A DNA stretch of 33,535 nt. It comes from Vezdaea acicularis. Taxonomy: Eukaryota. The stretch lies in assembly GCA_026025075.1 (NCBI GenBank), contig JAPEUI010000002.1, forward strand, positions 372,001 through 405,535, in the 5' to 3' direction. The position numbers and the translations under genes were made by a program. This document shows positions 1-16,800 of this stretch, piece by piece (positions within the stretch are counted from its first letter, which is position 1; every line of letters begins with the position of its first letter). The notes under the pieces were generated by a model, which worked only from the letters and a program-made list of their open reading frames with translations, made no database searches and was not told the origin of the DNA.

Positions 1-419
1 CAGAGCATGCCGAACCTCAACAATCCCGATGACGAAGAGATGGAATTGGATATTGACGAACTCTCCCAAGATACTCTGAGAAAGCTCCTTAGTTTCGTCC
101 AGAAGTATACGCCTGGCGCGACACATTCAAACAAATCAGCTTCACGTCCAAAAGCGTCAAGGATGGAGAGCGACCACGTTCCCCGTGCAAAGAAGAAGAA
201 TAAGCCAATGAGCAAGACAGAGCAAGATGCACGTATCTCCGAACTGGAAGGAAAGTTGAAGAATTACCAGAACCCGGGATCTCCGTCAGATCAAGGTTAG
301 TTCTATCCTGCTTCGTCAACTTATCACTCGCTAACATTGCCAAAGACCCTCGCAACGCAGATGATGGCGAGTCTAGTGGCGATGACCCCGAGACTGGCTC
401 TGAGAGTGAGGAAGACTAA
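1..419 (+). CDS. BDF1: 3' end of BET-family bromodomain protein (ET domain plus acidic tail), 5'-truncated by window
   Basis: EMELDIDELSQDTLRKL matches the ET-domain motif. Intron 296-345 (GTTAGT..GCTAAC..AAG; alternative in-frame CAG at 360) leads to the acidic tail ...SESEED, TAA 417-419. Confidence 0.8.
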
Positions 420-2079
420 GCGCATCTTAGCTCGCACACCTCGACCATTTCTCATTTCCTGAGATCCTGATTCGCCTTCGTTCACCGTCGATGCTTCAAT
501 GGTCACAACCATTTAGTATATCCTTTTACGGCTTTAGCACCTTTGAAGTGAGCTCCAGCGCGATGAAACCCTACCTTCTTGCGTACTCCTTTAATCGCAC
601 CATTTCTATGGTCAAACTTTCGAGTTTTCTTGGTCTACAGACCTTCTCCTGGACGTTCTCAGCTCATCATAGACCCACCACTTCTCTGTATACCGTCGAT
701 CTCGCTCAATCGAGCACGCGCTGCATTTAGAAAGTTGGGGCTTTCCTGACCAGGCCCTCCCTGTCCTCTACCTTAGACCACTTGCGACGGATTGGCAGCT
801 TCTCATCTCACGACCGACATGATTGTGGCGGATTGCTTGCGTGAGGGAATACTTCGGCAATTATATTTCTTGCCTGGCGGATTGCCTATAAAATTGTAAT
901 CACTTCATTGCGAGGAGCGATCTTGCTGCATTTCCATGCGTGCGTGCTGGCATTGTATATAGCTCCGAATGACCTCGGCGTGAAGCTACCCAAACGGATG
1001 AGCTATGGCGTTGTTACGCTGCGAAGAGTGAACCCATGTCATGAGGGGCACTCATGTGATGAACTGCGTCGCCGGCTATGGGCGTACTTGAGTGATCCGC
1101 TCAGGGCAACTGGCCAGTTGATTTGGTGCCGCTCTCACTGCCACTCTGTTCGAAGTGCTTCCTATTCCAGTTATGACTACCGCCATGTAAGAGCTTATGA
1201 AGATGATGCTTAGAAGTTATGATATGCACACCGTGGTATAATGTTTCCTCAAGCTTAGAAAGCACAGGACTCAAAGCAACTCCCTCGGACGTATATAGGA
1301 AGTGAAGTAAACAGTTCATGACGTCCTTCCACTAGAGATGACAAGGGGAAGTACGATAGACGCTTCAGAAGAGGATCTAACCGTACGTGAAACAATGAAC
1401 TAGCAATGTAGAGCAAAGAGAAGTTCTATATGTAGAACTTTGTGATTGCCACTTGTTAATGAACCTCAGAGGTTTCTTTGAGATATCAGGTAAAGTGTGA
1501 AGTTCTGATCTAGGGTCTAGATTTCTATTCCTCAGTAGTAAGTGGAAAAGAGGAAGGTGGATAAATCCTTTGCTATTTGGTGGAGATCCTTATGTGAGAA
1601 TCAATTTGTGGAATAATGTGATGCTTGTATTGCAAATATGTATAGTCTTTAACCTCTGTATGTAAATGTTCATGACACTCCAGTCGACGATGCCGAAACG
1701 CAGTTTCATGACCTCAGGTGATGTGGGGGGTTTAAGCCCGCGATAAATTAACAGAGTATTTAATGTGTATCAAGCAAATAATAATATGGGAAAGATATGT
1801 AGGTGAAACAAAAGTAAAAGGAATTCCTTATTTTGCGTGCGGAGTGTGATGTCGTAGGGTTTCTAGAATCTGGAGCAGAGAATCCAAATGGCTTTTGTCG
1901 CGTCAAAAATATTTCTGCCGACAAGCCAGAATAATCGTGTTTCGCTTTCACCGCGATTTCTCCCTCAGCCTTCCCACTCCGACTTGCCGTGCTAGGTCCA
2001 GCAAGCTCGATAATACTCAGTACTTGCATCATATTCACAATCAGGCACAACCGGTGGTAAGCAGCACACCGGAGGCAGA

Positions 2080-3621
<1,542 letters not shown>

Positions 3622-4243
3622 GCAGCGTATCTGTCGTAGATCAGCAAAGGTGCGTGGTCGGCAAGGGCATTCCGGCGTTTCAAGACTCATCGGGGTCACT
3701 TGGTTTTCTGTAAGATAGTTGAAAAAGTATAGACATCTGGTTGGAAAGATGTCTGTTTGCTTTGTAGCGTTGAGCTGTCTGATCGTCTGCATATACATGT
3801 ATTATGCTAAGCCTTTCTAAAATAAGCCTGGAAGTCCCACGCCCCGTTGCGTTATAGCGGACAGGCACGGAGTGTACCTTCTTTTCCCCAAGGGCATTGC
3901 GCCTCCTTTTTGAGAACTGAGAACTGAGGATTCTCCTGTCCTGCCAAGGGCAAAAGACAAGATCAGCAGTCGACTCCACTAAAGAATAGCTTGATAAGAT
4001 CGCCATAGTAATACGCCTGAATCATGCTATGTCCGCGTGTTGCAACACCCATGAAACAGAATTCGACTTTTGAATCCATCTCGGATGGATGTAAGAACTT
4101 TTGAAGCATCTCAAAATCCCAACAGCGCACCGAAGCTATAACCACCCCACAACCGGCACTTCCGAGCGAAGGCCGCAGTGGCTTTCATCGCCCTTTGAAC
4201 GTATGAAGGAAGATAACAGCTGTATCTTTGTTTGAGTGCATGC

Positions 4244-5898
<1,655 letters not shown>

Positions 5899-6076
5899 TG
5901 TGAATATTCAACTAGGTTTAGGATCGCTCAAGTGAATGTCATTCCAGAAAAAGAGGTCGTGGGCTCAGAAATTGCAAAGTGCGGTGAGCGTGTAAATTTG
6001 AGTGCGGGTGTGTCTCTGGCTTTTGTACTCCGTGCAGGGCGTTAAAAGTTGACGTAGAATTTTTGAATGGCATCCG

Positions 6077-6083
6077 ATGACTC
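6077..6083. promoter_or_regulatory. Possible Gcn4/CpcA (cross-pathway control) site
   Basis: ATGACTC about 180 bp upstream of the homocitrate synthase ATG. TGACTC is the Gcn4/CpcA core, but the motif is short and could be chance. Confidence 0.4.
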
Positions 6084-6551
6084 GCCGCATGGTGGGGGCT
6101 TCTTCTTCCCCTCGCATTGCGAAATTTGCCCAGACCCTCCCTTAGCGCTCGACTAGCGTGGTTCCCCGGCTTTGGGCGCACGCGGGCCCCGCGAGATCGG
6201 AAGCTGCCATGGAAATTTTCTTAGCAAAGCCATTCGTTACAGTCATCAACCCTAATTCAGCCTTCTGCAGCAGCACACCCTTTCCCTCTTCTGTAAGCCC
6301 TAGCGTTTGACCTTACCTCTCTTTTCAAACATGTTTAGGGCATATTCCAATTACAATCAATTGAGTTGACGAGCTAATTTGAACTGCTTCGGCTTCGAGC
6401 TCGACTTTGGTACTTTACACGTTTTATAATTGTGTTTGACCAGCTCCTAGATCTCATGATTAAGTCGGATCAAGTCTTTCTCCTGCTTCTTGACTTATAC
6501 ATGTCTATAATAATAGCATAGTCCGGGAACTCTACACCCATTGATTTCAGC

Positions 6552-7455
6552 ATGGCAAGCCTTCCAGCACTTGAGAACGCGAATTCGTTCATGGACATGC
6601 TCGCAGATGTTTTACGCCTGTAAATACTCCTGTCTATCCCAATGTGCTGCTCAGACTAAGTCCCATCTCCAGTCCAGAGGAGACGTTGGCGATGTCCTAT
6701 GCCTACATGCACCGCTATTGGCGCTTCCAAGCCTCGTCCGTACCATTAGACCTACTAGACCCCTATGTGCGCTCCGCTGGCCCCTCGCAATCCTTCAGTG
6801 CTCCTCTAATGCCCCAATCAGACAGTCGCACTATGCACAGTCTCTTTGGCTACCAAATCTACCGAGTCCCCTCGGCGCCTACGCTCCTTACTTCTGCCAG
6901 CTTACCGCTTGGTACACCCCAATTCAGCCCCCTTAGTTATTCCTTCGGCACAGTATGATACTTTGCGCAACACCCTGGTGCGCGCTGAAATGGTCATGCT
7001 CCGCGTACTAAAGTTCGAGCTGCGGATTCCGCTGCCATTCGAGTATTTGGGCAAGTATATTGAGCGAGCGCTTGGTGCCGTGGAAGTTGAAGATATCGAG
7101 GGACTAGGTAGGGAAAGAAGGGAGGAGTACAGGGTTGTTGATGTGGGAGACACCGGCTTAGGAAGAGTATGCAGAGAGATGGTCGCGCAAGCGTAGGTGT
7201 ATCGATAGAAACGGGGGGGTATGAGATATGGAGCTAACAAGGAAAAGCTGTAGAGATTACAACCTGAGCAACTTCTTTCCGGCACGAACCGTTGCTGCAG
7301 CTTGTCTTTGGCGAGCGCTAGAACGGCGAGGGCAACTCAATCATGAGCAACGTCAAAAATGGCTGGCGGAAGTGACGGGAGGCAAGGTTGACCAGACAGA
7401 CTTCGATGAGGGGCTCGACGAATTGGAAAAGTCCGGAAAGCTGTGGACAGCATGA
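6552..7455 (+). CDS. Cyclin-fold protein (transcriptional cyclin-like); exons about 6552-6619, 6673-6766, 6822-7192, 7248-7455
   Basis: Spliced product LRLPEETLAMSYAYMHRY..LDPYTVALCTVSLATKSTESPRRLR..LVRAEMVMLRVLKFELRIPLPFEYL..FPARTVAAACL resembles cyclin boxes. Three GT-AG introns; start codon uncertain. Confidence 0.75.
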
Positions 7456-7657
7456 GCTGATCATTCGGGATGGTTATCAGGCACTGGGCCTTATCTGTCT
7501 CAATAGCACAATCAAGTTTAATCAACTGAACGAGAGGGAATCTGAGTACTACTTGTTGATCTCTATCAAGCCATGCCTATTCGTGAGTATAAGCAAAACA
7601 AATATTCGAGGCCATGATACCAGTTTGGCAAGCATCGAAATGTGTCTAAAGCCCCAA

Positions 7658-8564
7658 CTAACGGTAACGCCAGTAGCTCTGGGTGTTGTGTCTCTTCCAT
7701 GTCTTCCGACGCCCAGCGGTAGTCTTGTTGTATCCATGACCCTTACCCAAGCCCCGAGACTTTTTACCAGTAGCAGTAAGACCACGAGACTCTCGGTGCT
7801 AGATGGGGAATATCCGTCAGCGACTGCATTTAAGGTCCGAATGAAGGATTTGATAAAGCCTACCTTATGAACAGGTTTGACGATCCAGTTGATTCTTGCG
7901 TCACGTCGAATAGCCTTGTGTTGAGGGTCAACGAGGATGACTTCGTAGTACTTGTAGGTTGAATCCTGGTTGATCCAGTATGAATTAAGGACACGAAGAT
8001 TGGCACATCGTCTTCCAACACGCTCTTCAGCCGTGGACTTGAGTGAACGCTGATACTTCAATTGATTCACACCCTGATTGGTAGGCTTGCCTATTGGACA
8101 ATAAAGCACATGTCAGCTCTGAAACGTAGCCTAGATATAGACTTCGCATAAGCTTCAAATACGCACCGTATGTAGCACCCTTTGGTACTGGTCGTTTCCT
8201 GCCACCACGCCTGACTCGGACACGATAGATGACATAGCCTTGTTTTGCCTTGTATCCCAAGCGACGGGCCTTGTCCGGTCGAGAAGGTCGAGAAGCTCGG
8301 TGGATAACGTTGAGTTGACGAAGCTATATTATAGCACTCTCAGCAAATGTTCACAGAGTGTATAGCCGACACAGTCAAGTGCCACTTTGTAATGATTCTT
8401 CTTGGAAGAAACATTGGGACTCATTGGAATTAAACCAAGAATAGAGTATAACTCTATGTGTCAAGAGTGTGTCATACCTCCCAGCAGCGCACACGGAGCA
8501 AAAAGCGCAGCACATCGGACTGCTTTTTCTTTTGCAGCTCTTCAACGTATTTGAGAGCACCCAT
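7658..8564 (-). CDS. RPL15: 60S ribosomal protein L15 (eL15); coding exons 8564-8478, 8323-8167, 8090-7864, 7798-7658
   Basis: [74 protein letters not shown]-terminal SYWRYR*. Confidence 0.98.
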
Positions 8565-10307
8565 CTAGCATTTGTCAACAGCGGTTCTCCAATTAAGTAG
8601 AAAGATCCTTCAGAGAAGACGAGCAATCAGTCTTTCTCATGTCTTACCTTGATTAGTCGTCGATCTAGTCGATCCCAGCGGAAGTGGTAGATTTGAAGTT
8701 TGTGGTTCTGGACGCACCAATCTCGCTTGGCATAGGAAAGTTTACGCGAAGGGTTACTGCCCTGTCGAATGATGGCAACCTGATAGCCCGAAATTGGCGA
8801 CATCAGCGGCTCAACAACTTTTACTCAACCTATGTGGCAACTAGAAACTCTACATCCAAGTCGTGTCACGCAGTAACTTCAATACACAGTCCTCAAGCTT
8901 TCTAGTATTCTTTGCGCACATATTCTTTTGCTATGAGAGTCCGGACTAACTTGTTGTCACGAATCCGCTTAGCCCGTAATTCGGGTTGCTATGGCCCTGC
9001 CCCAAGCCCGCGTTAATTGACTTACTGCAGATAATATCATAGGGGAGCGCTGGAACGTAGATTCTAGTACTTAGTCGTGTGAAGATATTCATTGAATACA
9101 ATATGTCTACTCCTCTTCCCATCTCTCAGAGCATTTGTTAGCTCGCAAAATTCTCTAAATAGATATGAGGCATGACTGCACAGAAACAGTTGGCCCTATT
9201 TACTGGATTTTCAAGTGAACCTTGCTTTACATTTTGGATCTAGGACCCAATCCACAATCTCAGCAAGGCTTTATATATCCTCGCTGAAAGCATGTGTCAA
9301 GCTCCAAGACCTCTCTAGATGTGGTTCAGAGACTGTTGCTGAAATGAAACAATCCCTTAATTTACTAGTCTTCAACAAGGCTGGTCCGATTGCCTCTTAT
9401 TGTGACGGGGTCCGCTTCATGTGTGTGTATGTGTGTGCATTGAGACGATGGGACCGCCATACACTCAGTCCAGGAAGGATTGCCCAGCCGACTGGTGCTT
9501 GGTCTCTTCGGTTCCATCGCCCTCAAGGACTTCGTGATTGCGCTCGACGCTGGTGGATTATCCTCCACTATATAGGCTTGAGCCATTAGATCATGGTCCA
9601 TTCCGAAGATAGAGTTCAGGGATGAGGAAGTACTACCTTAGAATGTTATCGAACAGAGTAACGATGTACCTGGGGTCAGATCACTATCACATTAATGGAA
9701 TCGGGTGGATGAGCATCATGGGGAACGTAAGGAGCTGGGGTAATGCCTTTAGACGAAGGACTAGCAAACAAAGATCATACACCAGGGAGAGACTGACCCA
9801 AGAAGTGACACATATAATGGGAAGGAGCACATGTAACGAAGAAGATTTGACATTATAGGAAGCAACGGATGGGCTGCGAGAGACCGTATGTAAACAAAGA
9901 TTTCTACGACAACTCACGCAAGATCTGTTCAATGTGATTCTCACGGTCATTGTTACAGTATCAATTTTGAAATGGTGGAAACGGGCCTAGAGAGAAAACG
10001 CTAGCTCCGTGAGACACTGCAGGGTCGGTCCACTCTATCGAAAGCCAACCGCCAGTATCAAAGCCATCTCGCTACCTGCCGTCGCCTGCCATCGTCATAT
10101 TGTAGATGTACATAAGGAATTTCACATAAATGTGCTCTTTGTGGAGGATCCCTAGCCAGCCGTCGAGTCATTTTTGGGTTGCAAGTCTGATATAAGTTCC
10201 TGGAACCTTAGTCTAGGAGTATAAGTATGCCGTTGCTACTTGGGAACAGGTTTTTTTTGGGCTGCCTTGAGGCAGAGTGTCAGGGCCAGCTTCTAGCTCT
10301 TATGAAA

Positions 10308-10330
10308 GAGAGAGAGAGAGAAAGAGAGAG
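10308..10330. repeat. (GA)n microsatellite
   Basis: gagagagagagagaaagagagag read directly. Confidence 0.8.
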
Positions 10331-10583
10331 GCCCGTAAATGCAGGTGTGCTGTAAAAGAAAGAATATGTTGCAATTCATGTCCTTCTAGCCATTTCGTGA
10401 TGTCGATTGAATTTGAGATTTAAAGGAGCAAGGAAATCTGGAAGCAGATAATTCTAGCGGAGTCATAAATCTGCGCGGTCTTATAAAGCAGAGAAAACGC
10501 CGTGGTGCCCTTCGTAAAGTCGTTGGCTAGAGCCGACCGAAAAAGTACAATGAGCCCGCTAGTATCTAAGAGGAGTTTTTTTT

Positions 10584-13372
10584 TCACTGGCGGCCTAAGG
10601 ATAACCTCTGGAAGGCTTCGCCGAAGCTTTCATTCGGGGCCGTTGGACGATTTGAACCCAAGTTGCTGCCAGTACGGTCGACGGAAGACCCATAATGCTC
10701 GCCATATGTGCTAGCTCCGTCGGGGCCCCTTGGAGCGTTGAAATGTGGATAGCCGAACGCGGGTGCGGCTGTTTGCGGCATGGCCATACCACTAGTGAAG
10801 CCACCTCCACCAAAGACATTCGGACGCACTTGCTGGGGAAATTGCGAGTACTGGTACCCATATGGATTTTGTTGATATGATGTTGTCTGATACGCCTGTG
10901 GGTTCAAAGGCGTCATGGATGATGACGGGGCGGTGCGGAATTGACCCATACCAAGTCCCATCCCAGGATAGCCTAGAGTCTCCGAGGTGTGGGTGTCATA
11001 GGGGCTGGTGCGGCCAACTGGAAGGCTCCCGGAGCTTGCTGGTGAAAGGCCAGCTGTAGGTGGCGAGATAGCTTGCGGGTTGACTGCAAACATCCAAATA
11101 CGAGTCTTGTAAACCTTGAATAAGTCGGTTACGAGAAGATTGAAGTTGATGTAGACGTCCGCGAAATAGAAGAAAGTAAGTTTCTTCCAGTCCCTGCTCA
11201 CAGTCAGTCGTCTTGCAATGAAGGAATTAGATAGCGACCGCACATTTGAAATTCTGCATCAAGAATTTCCATCTGTAGATGATGTTCCATGACCTTTTGC
11301 TGACAAACGCGCTTTGCCTTTGCTTCGTTGCCCTCTTTGTCTTTGAGAGCCTGGATTTCATGAGGCTGGGCAAGGCGTCGGACCATTTTCATCTTGAATT
11401 CGCCGCTGCCAGCTTCTTGAGGATTCTGCTGTCCGTTTTGTGGGCCCATACCGCCAACTGTACTTGACCCCATCATCACGCCAGGAAGTACCCCATTAGC
11501 CACTCCGGCCTGGCTAGCGCCCCGCGGCGAGTACATCATGAGCCATTTGTAATGCTCCTGGCCATAATGCGTCTTCAATTCCTTGGCTTCTTCCCAAGTA
11601 ATGGAGTCATGGGCTATTGTACCCAGATCCCAACCACGATCGCCGTCCACGATGACTAAATCACCAACCTTGACTTCTAACCCATTTCCTTGTTCAACAT
11701 AGGCGATTTCTGCTCTACAGCACTTGAACGTGACTATGTATAGAAGTTGGTTTGACTCTTGCTGCGATGCTTGAGCCAAAGCATTGTCCTGGACACCAGG
11801 ATAAAGAGGTCTGTTCATGCCCATCAAGGCCTCTTGGCGTCTTTGAAAGGCATCGTTGGTACCGAAGTAATCTGCTGCAATTTGATGTATGCGTAAATGT
11901 TCCATTCTCATAGCGTGTTCTGCTCGATTACGGTGTAAATAAAAATAGGTATACTCACCATTGTCGTCTCTCTGCGGACGGTTTTGATTATCGACATAGC
12001 TTAAACCATGATCCAGGATACCAGAGATCCCTGCGCCAAGGCCGTTCCCGGGGTTGGATCCACTCGCAGTACCTGAGCTGCTGATGGAGGTGTTCCTAGG
12101 CGCAACCTCGGCAAATGAATGGCGTCGACTTTGGGATATATCCTCCAAACCAGGAGGACCCGCAGTTGATTGCCAGTGGCCTCTCTTGAGACTCTCGAGC
12201 TTTCTATTTTCCAGTGGGCCGAGGGGGAGGAAGTGACCATCGTGGTCCGTTGCCACTTCAGAAAACCGTCTACCTACAAAGCCATAGCGACCAAATCCTT
12301 GTAGCTCTCGGACGTCATCGGCCTCGTCCACGGCATTCTCAGAACCTTCAACGATGGATCCGCGATCGCGCTTGGCATTACCTTGAGGAACGAAGAAGCC
12401 CTTGTTGGAACTGGTGGTGGTTGATCTGGTCCGGATCTTTTGGCTCTCAAGGTCAAGGTTACTCGCAGCTTGCCTCAAGTCCGAGGCGGTTTGTTTCAGG
12501 CGAGCGTTCTCTCGCATCAGTTCCGCTACCGTCTTGGTACTCTCGTATGGCCGCCTAGTAACCTGTTTTAAATCTTTGGCAATTTCCTCATCGTCTTCTG
12601 TCTCGCGAAGTTGACCCAAGCCATTTCCATCGGTCGCCATTTCACTCAGCATGCTAGGACGGGACGGTCGATGCTGAAGTCCAGATACCTGATTCGACCT
12701 TGCCGCTGCCGGAAAGTACGAGCTATTCGCCGCTGGAAAAGTTCCGTTGGAATCGGCATCCTGTTGACCAACAGAGTATGATTGCGAACGGTATGTCTTA
12801 GGGGTCGGATGTAACGGGAACGTGAAAGGAAAAGAGGACTCACCACCAACACCACGGCCTGTGGGGCTGGTCACCAGGTCTGCCTCCCCGTAAGGGCTTG
12901 GTGGTATTATACTTGTTGGAGAAGCTTGAGGCATTTCGGAAAGGCGAGCTGGTGGTTCCCTCCGAGGATCTTTACTCCATATGTTGCCAGCAGTCCAACC
13001 TGTGGGATAATTATGAGTGACAAAGGACGCATGACTGTTCGCCAGAGCGGTTGAGGTGGGGTTTTGATCGCCTGATGGGGTGTTCGGTTGAGTGCTTGTA
13101 GGCGAAAACGCACTGAATGAGCTCTTGCGTTGTGCAAGAGGTTGGAAGTCGTTTAGATGTGACGGCCGACGAGCGGTCTTGAGTCGATGAGAAAATAACG
13201 AATCTTGATCATCATCAGATGATGCGAGGGCTTCAGAATCAGGGGTGGACTTCCTCGCACTAGTCTTGGTTTTCTCAAGCAGATAAGCTCCATTGGCCGG
13301 GCGATTGTGGCCGATAGATGCGCGGTGGTTCAGTGCCGACACCGTCTTCGTATCCGAGGGCGGATTCATCAT
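10584..13372 (-). CDS. PSP1: PSP1-domain protein; intron 11194-11243
   Basis: LYIVTFKCCRAE, GDLVIVDGDRGWDLG, RRLAQPHEI..KEGNEAKAKRVCQQKV, MEILDAEFQM|DWKKLTFFYFAD..INFNLLVTDLFKVYKTRIWM are typical of the fungal PSP1 C-terminal domain. Long Ser-rich N-terminus; start taken at ATG ATG 13372. Confidence 0.88.
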
Positions 13373-13452
13373 GAATTCTTGTAAGATGTTCTTGGTTTGA
13401 ATGTCAAGGCTTGTGGAGATGATGAGGTGATGGCGTGATGGCTCCCAGACCT

Positions 13453-13852
13453 GTTCTTGCAATGTATGAAGTCTTGCAAAGATGAGATCTCGAAAATAAA
13501 GTGAGGTCTAACGGCTCGTGTCAGGGGCTCATTCCTGTTGGATTGATGAATGTGAAGTGACTGACCTAGGCTGCAGCCTGTATGAAAGGTAGTTCGCAGA
13601 GTTCACCAGACTTTATCTAGCATTGACAAGCAGTGTATTTCTGCTACGCCCAGGTTTAGTTGTCTGTTCCTTGGCTAATAGTCAGCAACGTTCTTGTAAC
13701 GTTTGAAGTCTGGCAAGAATGAGATGTTGAATTAAAGTGAGGTCTAACGGCTCGTATCAAGGGGCTCATTACTATTGGATTGACGAACGTGCAATGACTG
13801 ACCCAAGCTGCCGCCTACATGAAAGATAGTGTGCAGAGTTTACCAGACGTTA
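13453..13852. repeat. Imperfect direct duplication, about 160-bp units at 13453-13615 and 13690-13852 (period about 237)
   Basis: Shared blocks such as taaagtgaggtctaacggctcgt, ggggctcatt, ttggattga, tgactgacc, gcagagtt.accagac. Confidence 0.92.
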
Positions 13853-16800
13853 AATTGCATACAGAAGTCGGCTCCCGGTGGAGGTGGTGGATGAATGTGA
13901 AAGAGAGAGACGACTCTTCGCATTTAGTCCTCTTATACTGCTGAGATGCAGCCTCATTCACTGCTTTGAGGGAGTAAAGTCCAGTACAGGATGTCGTATA
14001 AATGTAGAGGAGGAAGATGACGCCTCGAACGGATCTTTTAATAGTCTTAGATGTAATTCAGTCACGTTCTTACAGGGTTGATGCCTTGGTGAAGATGCTG
14101 AGAGTGAAAGGGAACGAATGTTTTGTCGAGTTAATCGCTGCACAGTTCCCGAAGTGACCCTGTCTATTTCAATAAAACGGAGGCCACTCGTACAAATGGT
14201 ATACAAAAGTAACAGAGGAAGTCGAAGTCTCGGATCGATGGTTGTGTTGCAGCTTTGGTCACTCCCTTACAAAGATCGTGCTTGGTCCAGATATTCCACG
14301 ATGTGAGGCGGAGAACGCTTTCTTAGGTTGTTCGTTGTATCTATCTCGGCGCGGTCTGGGTGCAAGTTCTGACAGGAGTGGCTCCGTTTAGTGCCGGGTG
14401 GGCCTCCACTGGATGGAGGAGGTCTGGTGGAAACGTCCAGACAATATAAGATTATATGTGCACACAGTCTCTTCCGACTTCGCTTGGATCTTGTGTTTGT
14501 GTTTGTCGATTACGGCCCGTCTTTGGTTTCGGTCTAAGATGGTGGTGTTTCGGCCGCGACGTCGAAGATAAAAACTGAGATACTCCCCACAGTCGATGCC
14601 AACGTGATATGTATGACCAACGTGCGCATGGCCAAGGCCCCAAGGTGAGACCGTTCGCTTGTCCTTTTCGTTCCCTGCCCCTTTGAATGCGTCCAGGTCC
14701 TCACATGGGCCGTCGGTCTGCGCCTACCGTGACCGTCCGAGGATCGCGCGTCGTGTAGGTGAAATTGAACGGGAACGGGAACGGGCTCGTTGCGCAGCAC
14801 CAGGCAGTGGGTGACTGATCGATCGGCGGAGAAAGGTCGAGAATTCCAAGGCGCAACAAGAGAGAGTAGAATACGAGCAGGCAAAGGAGGGTGCACGAGA
14901 GCGACGGCGGTGGCAGCAGCACCAGGCGGCTGAATCTGGTCCACGTCGACGGAGGAGACGAGTCGAAGAGACGGGATGAGGCTACGCGGTCGTGGTGCCC
15001 TCGCCCGCTTAGAGTTTGATAGAGGTTGAGAAGCTGCGACGATGCCGCGAGAATGGAGGATGATGTCGAGAGAGAGGAAAAGAGGGATGAGAGGAGAGAG
15101 GGCTGCTGAAGAGGTTCGGAGATCAACGCCGCCGCACGAGGGTCATTCGCGGGTCATCCATGCACACCATCTTTCCCCGTACTCAGGCCGGACCCCGAAC
15201 CCCAGACTGTGGAGGGGGGCGCCGGGGAATACTGGAGTAGCACGGGTGGGGTGGCCCTAGGGACGGGGGGTCGCGCAGGCTGGTTAGCGAGAAGAGGGTT
15301 GCTTGCCACGGTGGGCCCTAGCTACCCGCTAAGATGGCCCCCCCATACTGCACCCAGCGGCCTCCGCTGGCGGCGCGCCGCCAGTGGATCGCCGATTTCC
15401 CCAGGCGCTGCCTTGCACGTCCGCTGTCAAAAGCTGTCGAGAGATCTCTTCGGTCGGACAACGTGGGCATCAGCCTTTTCCAACACCACATCCGCCGTGG
15501 CTACGACCCATCGCGTCGCCTGCTCTCCCCCTCCATCGACCCGCCCCCGGCGAACCAACCACCGCGTCTGCCTGCCCCGGGCCGGCCTGCTGAAGGCACC
15601 AGAGGGCGGGAGAGCCGTGTGGGCGAGCGATAACCCTAATCGAGCGGTGCGGCTGCGCGCTGCAGAGCTGCAGATCAGGAAGCGATCCGAGCGCCTCATG
15701 TGCCATCGCGCGCCGCGAGAGGGGCGCGGGTAACGCTGCTTCGCGTTGCTGGAGGTTGCTGGACGCCGCGACATGGTGCGGGTCAGGGTGGTGGCAGTGG
15801 GGATACTGGTGCAAGTGGTGAGGGTGGTGACAGTGGTGACAGTCGCGGAGGGCGGGGAAGGCCACTCTTGGGGTTGGACGTGACAGGAACGGGCAAGCCA
15901 TGCGATCCCCCAGCCCCCTCTTCTCCTCCCCCCCCATGACGTGGGAGTAATGACAGCGGGAATCCCCAAGGCGCTGGAGAGGATCGTCGACACGAGCACC
16001 TCATATCCGGCATGCACGGTGGCCAGCAAAAAGCCTCGTGAGGGACCGCATATCGTGGTCCGGCGAGTATCAAGACGTAACGCGTGAGGGGCAACGGGTA
16101 AGAGAGTGTGAGTGGGGCAGGTCACAGACGACAATCGGCACAAGCGGCAAAGACAACGAAGAAAGAAGGCAAATGCGATGAAGGAATTGATTCACAAACA
16201 CGCAACTCGAGATGTAAGGCATCAGACCACAGACACGCTCCACGGATTCGCCATCTTTCCCTCGATGCGGGTCACGAGGCAAACGCCCAAATCCCCATCC
16301 CAGGGACCCTGCAAGCCGCCAAAACCGTCATGCGCAACTGCGCAGTCAAGCGCACACCGGTAGCTTAAAGCTTCTTACCCCACACCGCGCTGCTGTGGCC
16401 GAACGGCCGCCAACACCGACTTGGCCAACAGGATCAGGCAAAGCTTTTGGACGTTGGCTTGGACCGCCGAATCTACTAGCAGGTGCACCATCGCCGCGTC
16501 CGAGATAACGCAATCGTCCGCGAGGTCCCGAGCCGACGCTCGTCCCGACACACGTTGATTGATGCGGACTCCCTACGGTGCCCCGATTGCTGGGAGACGG
16601 ACGGACGCCAATCGCGGGGTTCACTGGACTGGACAGGGCGAGGATCAGTGGAAGGAAAGCGTCAGAGGCCATGCGGGCCAATCTTGCATCGATGGCGTCA
16701 TCGGTTGGCTTCTTCCCCATCGTCGTCTTCGTCTTGGTCGTACCTTAAAACCAGGTCCCTTGTGGTGTCGGTAACACCTTGTGCCGCGGAGTCCTTGCAG

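Noticed and set aside
8900..10500. Short ORFs or an RNA gene between RPL15 and PSP1
   Set aside because: No motif, tRNA boxes or convincing splice pattern seen; likely promoter and 3' UTR.
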